This document shows positions 12,721 through 25,895 of a DNA stretch of 62,884 bases, piece by piece (position 1 is the stretch's first letter; each line of letters opens with the position of its first letter). The notes below the pieces were generated by a model that saw only the letters and a list, made by a program, of their open reading frames with translations, was not told where the DNA came from and searched no databases. The position numbers and the translations under genes were made by a program. The DNA comes from Octopus bimaculoides (lineage: Eukaryota): positions 159,289,075-159,351,958 of the forward strand of contig NC_068983.1 in assembly GCF_001194135.2 (NCBI RefSeq). The letters are read 5' to 3'.

Positions 12721-12919
12721 AGAGTTGTTTAATTTCAGTAAAAGACTAGTAATTTACGTTAGGGAAACAGTCTATTATATCAAATATCAAGCGTAGTTTT
12801 TGAATAGTACCTAATTTATAAAATAAAGTACCATTCAAACGTTGGGATCGAATCCAGAATGTAAAGAACCGGGGTAAACACCTTGACGAATCCGCCAATT
12901 CATCACTCTAAGAATGATT

Positions 12920-13130
12920 ACAAAGTTTGGCACAAGGCCAGCATTTTCGGGGAGGGTGTAAGTCGATTACATCGATCCTTGTGTCCAAACTAGTACTTAT
13001 TTTATCGACCCCAAAATGGTGAAAGGCAAATTCGACCTCGGCGGAATCTGAACTCAGAACATAACGATGGACGATATGCCGCTAAATATTTTGCCCGTCG
13101 CGCTGACGATTCTGCCGGCTCATCGTCTTA
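12920..13130 (-). mobile_element. SINE family A, full length
   Basis: tttggcacaaggccagc...gtcgattacatcga...gacctcggcggaatctgaactcag...gacgattctgccggctcatcgtctta. Confidence 0.85.
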
Positions 13131-13149
13131 TTTTCTGCCCTAATAATAA

Positions 13150-13290
13150 TTTCGAGTTTCGGTTCAAGGCTGACAATTGTTTGTGGATGAGATAATCGAT
13201 AAAATCACCCCCAGTACTTGCTTGTTTTTTTTTTCATTTTATGAACCCCAGAAGGCTAAATGAGGAAGTCAAACTCGCTGGAGAATCTAA
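13150..13290 (-). mobile_element. SINE family A, 3' fragment
   Basis: ttcggttcaaggctgacaatt...aatcgataaaatcacccccagtac, preceded by (TAA)3. Confidence 0.55.
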
Positions 13291-13525
13291 AGGATGTTGT
13301 ATCAGTTGATGTTTGGCTCCAAATCACCTCTAACCGAAGGTCTTTATGACCGAAGATATCCAACCTTGAGCATGCAATCATTTTTGGCGCATCTTTATTT
13401 CTATTCCAATAGCATATCAGTTTTGTTTTTTGCTAGCTCTCCGCTCAATCCGTTTTCATTTCTGTAAGAGGACACGCTTTTAGAGGTAGGCTCCTGGATC
13501 CTTCTCAGGGTGCAACATAGCCATT

Positions 13526-13654
<129 letters not shown>

Positions 13655-14462
13655 GACCCATCCGGAAGGATAAAAGGAAAAGCTGAGCTCATTGAGATTG
13701 AACTGATATATTTGAGGGCGGGAGCAAATATCGCAAGGCATTTTGTCCAACACTGCAAATTCACAAACTTTTTTCAGTATACATAGGACTAAATTATCTA
13801 ATGTGTCCTTTCTTTTTCCAAGACTCTAGGGTGCGATTTGAGGAATGTTTGGCCTCTATTTCTAACAGCTAGGTGACCGTCTAGGTATTTTCTCATTCTA
13901 GTTGTAATTTACACTAGTCACTGTTCCAGAGTGAACTTCCTCTCTGTGTTTAAACATGCAACGTTAAAACATTCCGAAGGCTGTGCTATTTTTCCATTAT
14001 TCGATATAAAATAAAACACAAAACAAAACAAAAAAGCAAAACAAATCAAAATCAAACAAGAATAAACGTGCATACTTATGCCAATAGGTGCGATATATTA
14101 TGGCTTGGATTAGAAAGTTCAAATTTCATAGCTTTGAAACAAGTTGATACGATAATCAGAAGGTTTTGATTTCAGCTCTTTTGAAAATAAGTTTTAGAAT
14201 TAGTTTCAGGCAGAACCACTAGAGATTTAAATTGAAGAATAAATTTACAAATAGCTACAAAGCAAAGTCATATAAAGAAGGGATACTAGATGCATCCAGG
14301 CTTCTTCTGTTATCATCAGCAATGTGGATGATTCATATTCAATTTCAAGTCGAATAGAAATATTTCAAAGATAGTACCACACAAAAAATGTTGCCCACAT
14401 TGATAGCATATTGTATTAGACGGAGGAATACTCGCAAGCTAGTACACACACCTTAAGTGTGT

Positions 14463-14506
<44 letters not shown>

Positions 14507-14804
14507 TTATGTATGTATGTAGAATGTATGTGTGTGTGTGTATATATATGTATATATATATACACACATACAAACTAGATTTTTATTATTGTTAATTTTG
14601 ATTCTTTTATTTTTTTCTGCCACCGCCATCTGGCATTTGTATATCTATGCGTATCTATACATAAGCCGCTAGTGTTTGTACACATGTGTAGGAATGTTTG
14701 TGTATGTGAATATGTTAATGTGTATCTATGCCTATTTTTGTGTGCGTGTGTGTGTATTTGTACATTTGTGTATGTGTAGATATATGTGTGTGACGTGCGT
14801 GTTG

Positions 14805-14836
<32 letters not shown>

Positions 14837-15537
14837 NNNNNNNNNNNNNNNNNNNNNNNNNNNNNNNNNNNNNNNNNNNNNNNNNNNNNNNNNNNNNNNN
14901 NNNNNNNNNNNNNNNNNNNNNNNNNNNNNNNNNNNNNNNNNNNNNNNNNNNNNNNNNNNNNNNNNNNNNNNNNNNNNNNNNNNNNNNNNNNNNNNNNNNN
15001 NNNNNNNNNNNNNNNNNNNNNNNNNNNNNNNNNNNNNNNNNNNNNNNNNNNNNNNNNNNNNNNNNNNNNNNNNNNNNNNNNNNNNNNNNNNNNNNNNNNN
15101 NNNNNNNNNNNNNNNNNATATATAAATATATATAGATACACACATACATATATATGGTTTTCAAATTGACAAGCTTAAAAGCGTAGAAATATAGAGAGAA
15201 CAAACAACAAACAGGGAAATGTACAATAGAACTTCGAAGGTCTAACAAAAAAAGAAAGCAATCTGATGTTCATTTATATTTATTTATTTATTTATTTATT
15301 TATCCATATGATTGTAATTAATGTATAGATCTGACTGATGTTTGTCAACTAATTATCTTCTCCATTTTCTTCTTTGCCTTATAAATTCTGGGTAAACTTT
15401 TGCTTACCTCCACTCATACCTATTATTGAATTGTGCTATTGCTTTACAACAGTAAGCATTTAGATATTAATACATAGATATGCATCCAGTAATATATTGG
15501 ATATTTATTATCCCTTAAATTGTTGTTTAACCTCTAA

Positions 15538-15582
<45 letters not shown>

Positions 15583-15599
15583 ATTCTCACGGCGCTAGA

Positions 15600-15855
15600 C
15601 GACGTGTGAGGGTTCAACAATTTCTTGCCAAACAACCACACAGAGGATTTGTTTATAGTGATCAAATGTTTGTGTAGACATAAGCTCACTCCCTCTATCA
15701 GATCGACATTACCTGTACAGGTGCAACAAATGCCACATGTCAGATGTCCAAATGATCGCAGAGCAACGTGAAAGGAAATGCTTTGGTCAAGAACACAACG
15801 CAACGCCCGGTCTGGGAATCGAACCCGCGAGCTCCAAACACCTTAACCACTAAGG
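15600..15855 (-). mobile_element. tRNA-headed SINE family D
   Basis: The minus-strand head tagtggttaaggtgtttgg...gggttcgattcccagaccgggcg shares its B-box segment with family C, but continues into a different body (ttcttgaccaaagcatttcctttcacgttgctc). Confidence 0.65.
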
Positions 15856-16744
15856 AGAGAGATCTAAACTCAACTTTTAGAAAGCTGATTTTAATTCCCT
15901 CTTGTACTTTATTTCTCGTGTACTTAACGCTGGTGTCGATATGAGTGTTATTTTTTTAAAAAAGAACTAAAAGGAATTAACATCTTAAAGCACAACCAGA
16001 TCGAGGTATATATATTTGCCATAAGAAAACTTGAACTAAAAAGGAAGAAACGTATGAATATAGCATAAACATAATTCAACACCTTATGCAAAGTGAGAAT
16101 GTATTTGTATGTAAATGTGTGTGTGTGTGTGTGTATGCGTGTGGGCGTATGTATTATTGTGAATGTGTTATATATATATTTTGTTCATAAGAGGAATATG
16201 TAAACTGAAAATAGTTTTGGAAATGGAAAAAGACGTAATAGTATGGATATGCTGACTTCAACTTTTTTCTTTCCTCTATAGGGAAGGGGACAATTGTGAA
16301 ACTGGAATGTTTACTCAAGAAGAAAATACCCTGCTGATGCGATTAGACTTATGTTCTATGAATATAGGTCTAATCACATGGGTCAGCATTTTATATAGGT
16401 CAACTGTTCTTTACACAAAATTGGGGCTTCTCCGTAATAAAGATATAATCTCATAAACAACAGATATATGAGCATTATGCATAAATATGGTTGTCTGTAA
16501 CACGCATGCGTACAGTCTGAAAACATAAACAAACCCGTACACATACATACACAAACACACACACACACTCACACTTGACAGTCAAGTGACATCAAATTGA
16601 CTCAAGCAAAGGAAGGACAAAGAAGAATCAGTTCGCTTCTGTATGTACATTGTCTACTAGTTTGCAGCCAACTTAGGCAAATGCGTTGTACAAACAACCG
16701 GAAAATATAAACAAATATGTTTATATATGTACGTACGTACATAG

Positions 16745-16780
16745 TATGTATGTATGTATGTATGTATGTATGTATGTATG

Positions 16781-16873
<93 letters not shown>

Positions 16874-16875
16874 CT
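16745..16875. repeat. Compound SSR (TATG)n(TCTG)n(TC)n(TATC)n
   Basis: Visible directly. Confidence 0.95.
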
Positions 16876-17022
16876 AAACAGAGTTAGCAGTTATAGTAAC
16901 CGACTAAGGGATAAAATATCTGTATATACTATCAGTACTGTTAAGATTTGTTAAGTCATGCTTTGTATTAATAAATAAGCTATAAATGTGGTCCAATCGA
17001 TATGTTGGGTAATCTATGGTTT

Positions 17023-17122
<100 letters not shown>

Positions 17123-17240
17123 ACAGAAGTAAATAGATTCCCCATAAAACATCGTGTTATGTTTATTCTAACTTGTAAAGTTTTATATCTTTTATTAATT
17201 GACATTTTATGTTTCAGGTTCTATATGTGACTATTTAATC

Positions 17241-18226
17241 ATGACATGTACAAAGGAAACCTTGGAACTGTCAGAATTTCAAGGAGGCCATATTGTGGGT
17301 TATTTTGAAGGTGGACATAGTCAGCGTAAAATCGTAGAAAACCTTAAAATCCCACTTTCTACAATTAATAAGAGTGATTGTGCAATTCACCAGAGAAGGG
17401 AAGAAGTCCACATCACCTCACCCAGATCAACCAGGGCCCTCTGACCGGAGCCTTCTCTTTGTTAAGAAAAGTGTGGAGGATAATCTTCATTGCAAAGCCT
17501 CTGACATAGCAGAACAAGTTGATGTCAGTCTCGGAACAGCTGTCAGGTATCTCCACAAACTTGATTACTATGGTAGAGCAGCAAGGAGAAAGCCACTTCT
17601 TCGGCCAGCCAACATCAAGCGGGGAAAAGATGGGGCCAGTGACATGGCTGGAGAGGCCATTAGCATTCTGGGACTCCAGATTTACTGTATTTCCTGACAG
17701 TGGTCGAGTGTGGGTCTGGAGACTCTGTGATCAAGAATTTGCTGTGAAAAGGTTGCAGCCAATAATCTGTGACAGTCTGGAGAGCAATTTGAAGCAATGG
17801 TTGATCCGAGCTGGTGGAGTGTGAGGGAAACAAATTCAGATAAATATGTGTCCATATTGCAGAAAGAAGTCCTTCCAATCTTCTCCAGTGGTGAAATGAT
17901 TAAAGATGACTCTTTATTTATGGAAGATGGGGCTCTTTGTCACATGGCTAAAATGATCCAAGATTTGTTGGATGAGAATGGCACTAAAAAGCTTCCATGA
18001 CCAAGCCAGTCACCAGATAAGAATCCTATTGAACACCTCTGGGACATAATGGACACGACTCTTCATAAAAAGAACAAGAAAGCATCTTCAAAACCAGATC
18101 TTTTGAGATTAATGCATGAAACTTGACAAGAAATTTCCGCAAGAGAATATTCGGCATCTGATCAGTAACATGCCTAACAGGGCCCTTGCATTGAAAAATG
18201 CAAAGGGCATGTGTACTAAATATTAA
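17241..18226 (+). pseudogene. Decayed Tc1-family transposase (DD34E)
   Basis: Frameshifted pieces: HTH start (ELSEFQGGHIVG...SQRKIVENLKIPLSTI), GRAARRKPLL, DSGRVWVWR, YVSILQ, FMEDGALCH, and *PSQSPDKNPIEHLW. There are 34 residues between the second D and the E. The C-terminus is NAKGMCTKY*. Confidence 0.9.
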
Positions 18227-18329
18227 ATATTCACATTATAGCAATTAATAAATAATTGTGCTTATATATGTATATACGTATCTATAAGTTTCTATATATG
18301 TAAGTATATATCTATAGATAAAATGTTTG

Positions 18330-18464
18330 TATTATTATAATAGATTATCTCGGTAACCATGGGAGCTATGAAAAAAATATGACATCACCCCTTTCTTTCT
18401 CATTCATAAACACAAGAGTATTATTATAGTAGATTATCTCGGTAAGCATGCGAGCTATGAAAAA
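18330..18464. repeat. 46-bp direct repeat pair (3 mismatches, 89-bp period)
   Basis: tattattataatagattatctcggtaaccatgggagctatgaaaaa at 18330 and a variant at 18419. Confidence 0.85.
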
Positions 18465-18679
18465 TATACAAAGCCCAGCATCACCACCACCGGATCATTC
18501 TACACATCTGTGTAATTTTTCTTGCAACTCCACCCAGCTGTTTAACCGTGAATCTCAGGACAAGAAAGAATCACCCATGTCAAAAATTTATATGTATAGA
18601 TGTGTGTGTAAATATGTATAAATGCATACAAATATTCGTATATACATATGTATTTATTCGTATATACGTATCTTGGACT

Positions 18680-19062
18680 TGGAGGCGCAATGGCCCACTG
18701 GTTAGGGCAGCGGACTCGCGGTCATAGGATCGCGATTTCGATTCCCAGACTGGGCGTTTGTGAGTGTTTATTGAGCGAAAACACCTAAAGCTCCACGAGG
18801 CTCCGGCAAGGGTTGGTGGTGAACCCTGCTGTACTCTTTCACCACAACTTTCTCTTACTTCCTGTTTCTGTTGTGCCTGTAATTGAGAGGGTCAGCCTTG
18901 TCACACTGCGTCACACTGAATATCCCTGATAACTACGTCAAGGGTACACGTGTCTGTGAAGTGCTCAGCCACTTGCACGTTAATTTCACGAGCAGGCTGT
19001 TCCGTTGATCGGATCAACTGGAACCCTCGACGTCGTAAGTGACGGAGTGCCAACAACAACAA
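18680..19062 (+). mobile_element. tRNA-headed SINE family C, full length, (CAA)n tail
   Basis: Head ggaggcgcaatggcccactggttagggcagc, B box ttcgattcc, end gacggagtgccaacaacaacaa. Paralogous to 1519-1859. Confidence 0.9.
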
Positions 19063-19107
19063 TTTAGGATTTGACAACAACAAAAGAATAATAATGTTTT
19101 AAATCTA

Positions 19108-19310
19108 GGCGGAAGGCCAACAATTTGAAGGGCGAGTGTTAGTCAATATAGTTAACTCTAGTAGCGGTCTGGTACTTTATATTAACGATATCGAAAAAAT
19201 GAAAGGCAAAATTGGCCCCGTCGGGATTCGAAATCAGAACTTGGAACCAGCTGGAAGAAATACCAAAAGGCATTTTTCCGACTCTCTCACTATTCTTGTA
19301 ACCCATCACC
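19108..19310 (-). mobile_element. SINE family A, degenerate
   Basis: aggccaacaatttgaagg...atgaaaggcaaattggcccc...gaaatacc. Its head abuts (TAA)n at 19312. Confidence 0.6.
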
Positions 19311-19390
19311 CATAATAATAATAATAACTATAATAATAATAATAATAATGATGATGATGATGATGATGATGATAACAATAATAATAATAA

Positions 19391-20587
19391 TTTCCACAAT
19401 TATGTGGAAATTATTGACTGGAATACTTGCAGAGTCAATGTACGAACGTCTGGAAAAAAACATGGAGTCCTGCCACATGAGCAGAAGGGTTGCAAGCGTA
19501 AGTGCAGAGGTACCAAGGATCAACTGATAGACAAAACTATACTTTGAGACTGCAAGAGGAGGAAAAGTAACTTAGCCATGTCATGGATCGACTATCGTAA
19601 GGCGTACGATATGATCCCACACTTTTGGATAATGGAATGTATGAACCAATTTGGTATTGCATCAGATGCTGAGCGATTGCTTGGAAAAAGTATGGCGAAT
19701 TGGAGGACGGACATGACAGCATACGGAAGAAAATAGATGGGTAAAGAAAAGAATGCATGGACAATTTCATAAGGATGTTGAAGATAAGACAGACAGAGAA
19801 AAAAGATGGTTGTGAATGACTAAAAGTGATTTAAAACCGGAAACGGAAACTCTAATCTGTGCTGCCCAAGAGCAAGCACTAAGAACAAACTACATAAAAT
19901 ACAGAATAGACAACACAGCAGAAAGTGATAAGTGCAGAATCTGTGGACAAAACGGTGAAACCGTATGGCATATTACCAGCCAATGTATGCCACTACCTCA
20001 GAAAGAATATAAGAGACGACATGACAATATAACTAGGCTTGTCCATTGGACACTTTGCAACAAGTATGGACTTGAGAGAAAAAACATTGGTACGACCACA
20101 AATCCGAAGGCATCATCGAAAATAATAATGCAAAGATCCTGTGGGATTTTATGATTCAGTGCGACCATGAGATAGAGAATAGGAAGCCAGACATAGTCTT
20201 AATTGAGAAGGAAAGCAAACTATGCTGGATCATAGATATAGCATGCCCAGCTGACAACAAGGTATGTGATAAGGAAGAAAGAAAAGTCGACAGATATGAC
20301 AGGTTAGCTTGGGAGGTAAAACAGTTGCAGTTTTGGTTCATGAAAAAGGTGGTAGTAGTACTAATGATTGTTGGAAGCCTGAGAACAATGAGTAAAAATC
20401 TTGAGAAGTATATGGAACAACTAGGGGCTGCAATAAGGGGTGAAGCACTTGCAGAAAACAGCACAGCTTGGAACCGCTCGAATACCCCGGAAGGTGCTCG
20501 AGAAATAAGAGGTGTTACCTTAGTTCACTGGTAGTGAACAGTTGACACCGTAGTACATCTCCAGCGTTAGAAGCTGTGCAAAGGCAA
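19391..20587 (+). mobile_element. RLE-type non-LTR retrotransposon (R4/Dong/Rex6-like), 5'-truncated and internally deleted
   Basis: RT N-terminal motifs (EQKGCKRKCRGTKDQL, WIDYRKAYDMIPH), then a jump at about 19735 to AAQEQALRTNY, a CX2CX8HX4C knuckle (CRICGQNGETVWHITSQC), YKRRHD, and a restriction-like endonuclease (RKPDIV...IIDIAC...K..RY). Flanked on both sides by (TAA)n. Clade call is from motif recall. Confidence 0.85.
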
Positions 20588-20601
20588 TGATAATAATAAT
20601 G

Positions 20602-20632
<31 letters not shown>

Positions 20633-20633
<1 letters not shown>

Positions 20634-20836
20634 TTTACTACAAGAGCAGCAATTTGGGGGGAGGGGATTAGTCGATTACATCGACTCCAGTGTTCAAATG
20701 GCACTTATTTTATCGACCTCAGAAGGATGAAAGACCAAGTCGTCCTCCGCGGAATTTGAACCCAAAATGTGAAATCGGACGAAATACCGCTAAGCATTTC
20801 GCCCGGCGTGCTAACGATTCTGCCAGCTCGCCACCT
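20633..20836 (-). mobile_element. SINE family A, embedded in (TAA)n
   Basis: Full length, with (TAA)n on both sides. Confidence 0.9.
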
Positions 20837-21020
20837 AAAATAATAATAATAATAATAACAATAATAATAATAATAATAATAATAATGATGATGATGATGA
20901 TGCTGCTGATGATGATGATGATAATGTGGATGCCACCTAAGATTATAGGTAGTAACCCGCTACCCACATACTTCCACATAAACTGAGCCTGAGCCAAACC
21001 AAAATAAAAATAATTATAAT

Positions 21021-21234
21021 GGTTTCAAACTTTGGCACAAGGCCAGCAAATTCGTTGGAAGAATTAAGGCGATTACATCAACTCCAGTGTTCAAACGGTA
21101 CTCATTTTATCGACCCCAAAAGGATGAAAGGCAGAGATGACGTCGGCGGAATTTGAACTCAGAATGTAAGGACGGATGAAATGTCGCTAAACATTTCGTC
21201 CGGCGTGCCAACAGTTCTGTCAGCTCGCCGCCTT
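21021..21234 (-). mobile_element. SINE family A
   Basis: ggtttcaaactttggcacaaggcc...cagctcgccgcctt, followed by aataataa. Confidence 0.9.
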
Positions 21235-21244
21235 AATAATAAAT

Positions 21245-21456
21245 GATTTCAAATTTTGACACAAGGTCAGCAATTTTGGAGGAATGGGTAAGTCGGTTAC
21301 ATCGACTGCAGTGCTCTACTTGTACTTAACTTATCGACCCCGAAAGGATGAAAGGCAAATTCAACATCGGTGGAATTTGAACTTAAAATGTCAAGCCGGA
21401 CGAAATGCTGCTAGGCAATTTGGCCGGCGTGCTAACGATTCTGCCAGCTCACCGCC

Positions 21457-21458
<2 letters not shown>
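21245..21458 (-). mobile_element. SINE family A
   Basis: Head-to-tail with the previous copy and followed by a long (TAA)n. Confidence 0.9.
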
Positions 21459-21506
<48 letters not shown>

Positions 21507-21729
21507 TCGTATGTGTATTTCGTGTGCAAGATTCTATTCAAAATAAATGGAAGTCGAGAGACAAGTTACTGAAGAGATTGCAAGAGTGCAATGAAATAAT
21601 TTAACAAAAAACTATTTAAATTAATAAAGGACTGAACCAGTGCGTGTGTTTATTACCGGCATAATGCCTCTCCCAAGGTTTAATAATAATAATAATAATA
21701 GCAATAATGATAATAATAATAATAATAAT

Positions 21730-21926
21730 CTTTTCTACTATAGGGAGAGGATGAGTCGTTTACATCCACCTCCAGTGCGTAACTGGTACTTAGTTTATCG
21801 ACCCTGAAAGGATGAAAGGTAAAGTCGACCCCGGCGGCATTTGAACTCAGAACATGAAGACAGACGAAATACCGCGAAGCATTTCGTCCGGCGTGCTAAC
21901 GATTCTGCCAGCTTGCTTGCGGCCTT
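21730..21926 (-). mobile_element. SINE family A, embedded in (TAA)n/(TGA)n
   Basis: cttttctactatagg tail and a full body and head, with (TAA)n on both flanks. Confidence 0.9.
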
Positions 21927-21975
21927 CATAATAATAATATTAATAATAATAATAATAATAATAATAACAATAATA

Positions 21976-22048
<73 letters not shown>

Positions 22049-22504
22049 CGATACTTTGGCGAAATTTAGAAGCACCTGAAAAGCTGATACAAGTTTTTCC
22101 TAGAGATACTATTACGTTGCAGTTGATTTTGCGCCAATTCAACACAGCATTTGTTTTCCGGTAGTTTTCTCATGAGTTATGTTAAGCAGTAACCTACGAT
22201 CCAAAATTAGAACGTATACAGATTGATAAACATTACACTTTATATTCTGACCTTTGCTTTATGTTGTGTGTACATACTAGAAACGCGTACGAGTTGATAA
22301 GACTTTAGCACTTACCAGTGTTAAACTTATACTTAAAATGAAAATATACTTGAAACGTATACATAAATTAAGTATGAATCATTCAATTTTATAATTTTTT
22401 TTTTATCAACTAACATGAATTTCAGTACCCGTTAGGTGCGTCCGATACATTGAAGATTATTATAATGCTTTTGCTGTAATGAAGACTGACAGCAGTGTAA
22501 TTGC

Positions 22505-22535
<31 letters not shown>

Positions 22536-24425
22536 CATACATAGACGTATGCATACACAGATGTATATCATCATCGTGTAAACGAGAAAGAAAGTTACTC
22601 GAAAAGTAAAATATCTTGTCTGAAAAATAATTATATAGCGGCAAGAATAGATATGTGCTTGCAGCGAGAGCGAAGTAGCTTGCTTCTTCGAATGTAGCTA
22701 GTGGTTTTAGTGGGAAGTTACTTGGCAAGGTCATCTTTGTTGCAGTATAACTCTGAACCCATTCTCGCCACCCTCCACCCCGCCGCTTTCGTTTATTTCT
22801 TTTTAACCGTAACTGATAATATATTCCCTCTAAGACCGCCTATTCATTTAAGAAAAATACAACTATGACCATCTAAATATTTCATCATAACCAATACAGC
22901 GTCTTATGGCTTCCAATAGAATTGCGATGAATGCTACTGCTGCTGCTGCGACTACTACTACTTCAAAAATAAGAGTCAATCGATATTTCTTTGAATGTTG
23001 AATCCTACCTGATTTTATAGAAAATTTGGGCGGTACCGAACATCGAACAAACCCATGAGTATTTGGCTAATTTAATATGCACCCAGTAGTTTTTATTGTG
23101 TTCACACCAAGTTTACTATGAAAGTAGTTCAACTATTACTTTCTATGAGAAACAATAAGACTGAGTCTTATTTGGAATTGATTATGTGCTGAGGGCGTTG
23201 ATATGTTAGTTGTAAAGACACCCCACCCTTGAAAAAACTACAGCAACAAGAAAAAGCAAACAACAAATTGAACCAAAACATAAACCCCCGTGTCTAACCT
23301 TACCTCAATCAAGGGATCTAATCGTAGATAACGGTACGATTTCCTGTTTTGTTTTGAATGTAAAAATTCTATTTCTCTGCTTGTTTACTTATGTATTAGG
23401 ATGTTGTTTATGTATTTATAATGACATCATAATGAAACAGATTAAAGTGATGACAAAAGAATATTAATGCAACAAAACCAAGTTAAATGAGTGAGTTAAC
23501 AAACATACGCATACACACACAGACACAGACACACACACACAAACACGCATGCGCGTGCACGCTATACATAAACATACATAAAATATATGAATCACACACA
23601 CACTGATATCTTTATACATACATACAACACACGCACGCACACACACACGCGCACACACACACGCGCATACACACACATATACGTTCATTGTTGATAAAGA
23701 GAAAGAGAGGTGTGAGAGTGAGAGAAGAAAGAGAAAGAGGGAAATATATAGTGAAAAATTGTCAAATTCCACTTCAGTTCAGTCGAAAGTTTATGAAGAA
23801 ATTGAGAATTTTTGAAGAAAGTGATAGATCTTATATTATTTGAAAATATATTGCCTATATCTATTTTTGTAAACGTATATGTTTTATTTTTATGGCGCCT
23901 ATGGTTTACCTTTTTCCTTACCAACTTTACAATATTATTTAGCTCTGAATGCTTAGAGGAATGCTTGTTTTGTATTAGAAACAACAACAACTTTAAACTG
24001 TTATAAAGGAGTAATTGTTCTTGATTAGTAATGTTTGCTACAAGCATCATGCATAATTAGCAAACTTCCTTATTCCGCAGAATTCTTATTAATTTTATTT
24101 CATGAAAATGTTTTGCTTTGGTTAAAAACAACCGTGATTGTGCAGGTGTACGTTAAAAGTCATTTTAACTGTAATCATCCTGTTTTTCTAGAAGTATCCA
24201 AGACTACAGGATATAATATGTGCTTTCTTTTAAATCTACGATATTACATTGTAATTCACGGGAAACTTGGTTGCTTTTTCTAGCAGGTTATACGATTTAT
24301 CTTGGTCACAAATTACAAACATTTTGTAAATGCTATATTTTTAAATGAAAAGTACAGTTAATTTGTTTAAAATTTGTGTTTTATATTATTTATCTTTAAG
24401 TCTTAATATTCATTAAAATTTTCAC

Positions 24426-24630
24426 GGCTGGCAGAATCGTTAGCACATCCAGCAAAATCCATAACAATGTTCCGTCCGGCGTTGCATTCTTAGTTCCAAT
24501 TCTACCAAGGTCGACTTTACCTTTTATTCTTTCAAAAGCAATAAACTAAGTAGCAGTTGAGGACTTGGGTCGATGTATTCAACTCACCTCCTCTCCTGAA
24601 TTTGCTGGCCGTGTGCCAAAATTTGAAACC
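24426..24630 (+). mobile_element. SINE family A
   Basis: gctggcagaatcgttagc...aggtcgactttacc...ggccgtgtgccaaaatttgaaacc. Confidence 0.8.
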
Positions 24631-25829
24631 TATATCCGTTAGTAATTTTCACAGTTCTAGCACTATTCATTTTGTCATAAATCCCAGTAATTTTGTCAGT
24701 CTTGAGTTCCATTTTTATATAACATCATTATATTACGGACTGTGTTCCCTGAAGAACTCATTTGTCACCAGATGCTGGGTGAACTGTTGTAAGTTACCCG
24801 AAGTAATATATAAATTAGTGATTTGCAAGTTGCAGTATCTTAGTGTATTTTCAGTTGTATACATTAAATATATAAATATCAGTGATAAAACTATATTAGT
24901 ACAATCATATATATGAAAGTTATTAACGCAAGGAGGACATTATAGTATCAGGACATGTAGATACTGGGCCAAATAACTCGTTACGTCTAGTTACGTCCCT
25001 TTACGTTCTAAGTTCCATCACGCTGATCCTTGACTTACGCCACTTTAGGAAAATAGTACTTTCGTTTACATTTGTGATGCTTATAGTATAAAGCTGGGGT
25101 GTCCGTCATAGAGCTGACTAAATGCAATGCAATATCTAATTTCATCTATCTTGGTTATAAGTTCAATTCGTGTCGGAGTTAGACTAGTTCTTCACTGATC
25201 GGTGAAATGAAATACTAGTTGACTTCTGCTTTAGAGTCATTACATTACACTCAAAACTTGAGGAAATTGGTCTTGTGCATAGACAAAAGCAATGAATAAT
25301 CATCAATGGATGCACAGGACTTCATAAAACATACGTACACCTGGTATTGTATATTCTCCGAATGTAGCTTTATTATCAGCTCACCTCATTTGTAATTATG
25401 GTAATTGTAGTCAGCCAGTAACACCTTGACAAGAAGAATCTGTAGATGATAATTTGCTGGAAGCTGTGAATGTGTTTCTACAGCCTAAATAGTGACAAAT
25501 CCCTAGTAGCTATTTCTACATCTAAGTGGCATGATGAGACTATTCTTACAGTAGATGTTCATAACTATAAGACACACACACGCTCGCGCGCGCATGCGCA
25601 ATTAAATGTCAGCTGCTATAAGTTTTATACTCGGATATTACAATAATCGGACGTGCTTGTTTTTAGATTTTAAAAAGGATATCAGTTCTTTCAGCCAAAC
25701 AAAACTTGCACCTTCTTGACCTACTTGGTAGTGACTGGGATAATTTTCGCCTTCAGGTCCCAGATGTGGCTGGCAAGGTTAGTGATATTATTGTTTATGT
25801 GCCAGAAAGAAGACGAGTGATTGGCATAC

Positions 25830-25895
25830 CTTCTTTTGAAGTCATTTTCACATAGTCCAGTATATTTTTTTTAGTCAGTTTTGTTGGGGCAGCAG
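25830..25895 (-). other. Candidate 66-nt phase-1/1 exon of an unidentified minus-strand transcript
   Basis: Minus strand: tttcttacag|...66 nt...gaag|gtatgc. Open frame AAPTKLTKKNILDYVKMTSKE. No recognisable homology. Confidence 0.3.

Noticed and set aside
18680-18760. tRNA gene (also the heads at 1780-1859, 7481, 15800 and 62721)
   Set aside because: A and B boxes are present, but there is no complete cloverleaf and each head continues into a shared repeat body. These are SINE heads.
25757-25777. Plus-strand 21-nt micro-exon (ttcag|GTCCCAGATGTGGCTGGCAAG|gttagt)
   Set aside because: No partner exons were found on the plus strand, and such short matches are expected by chance.
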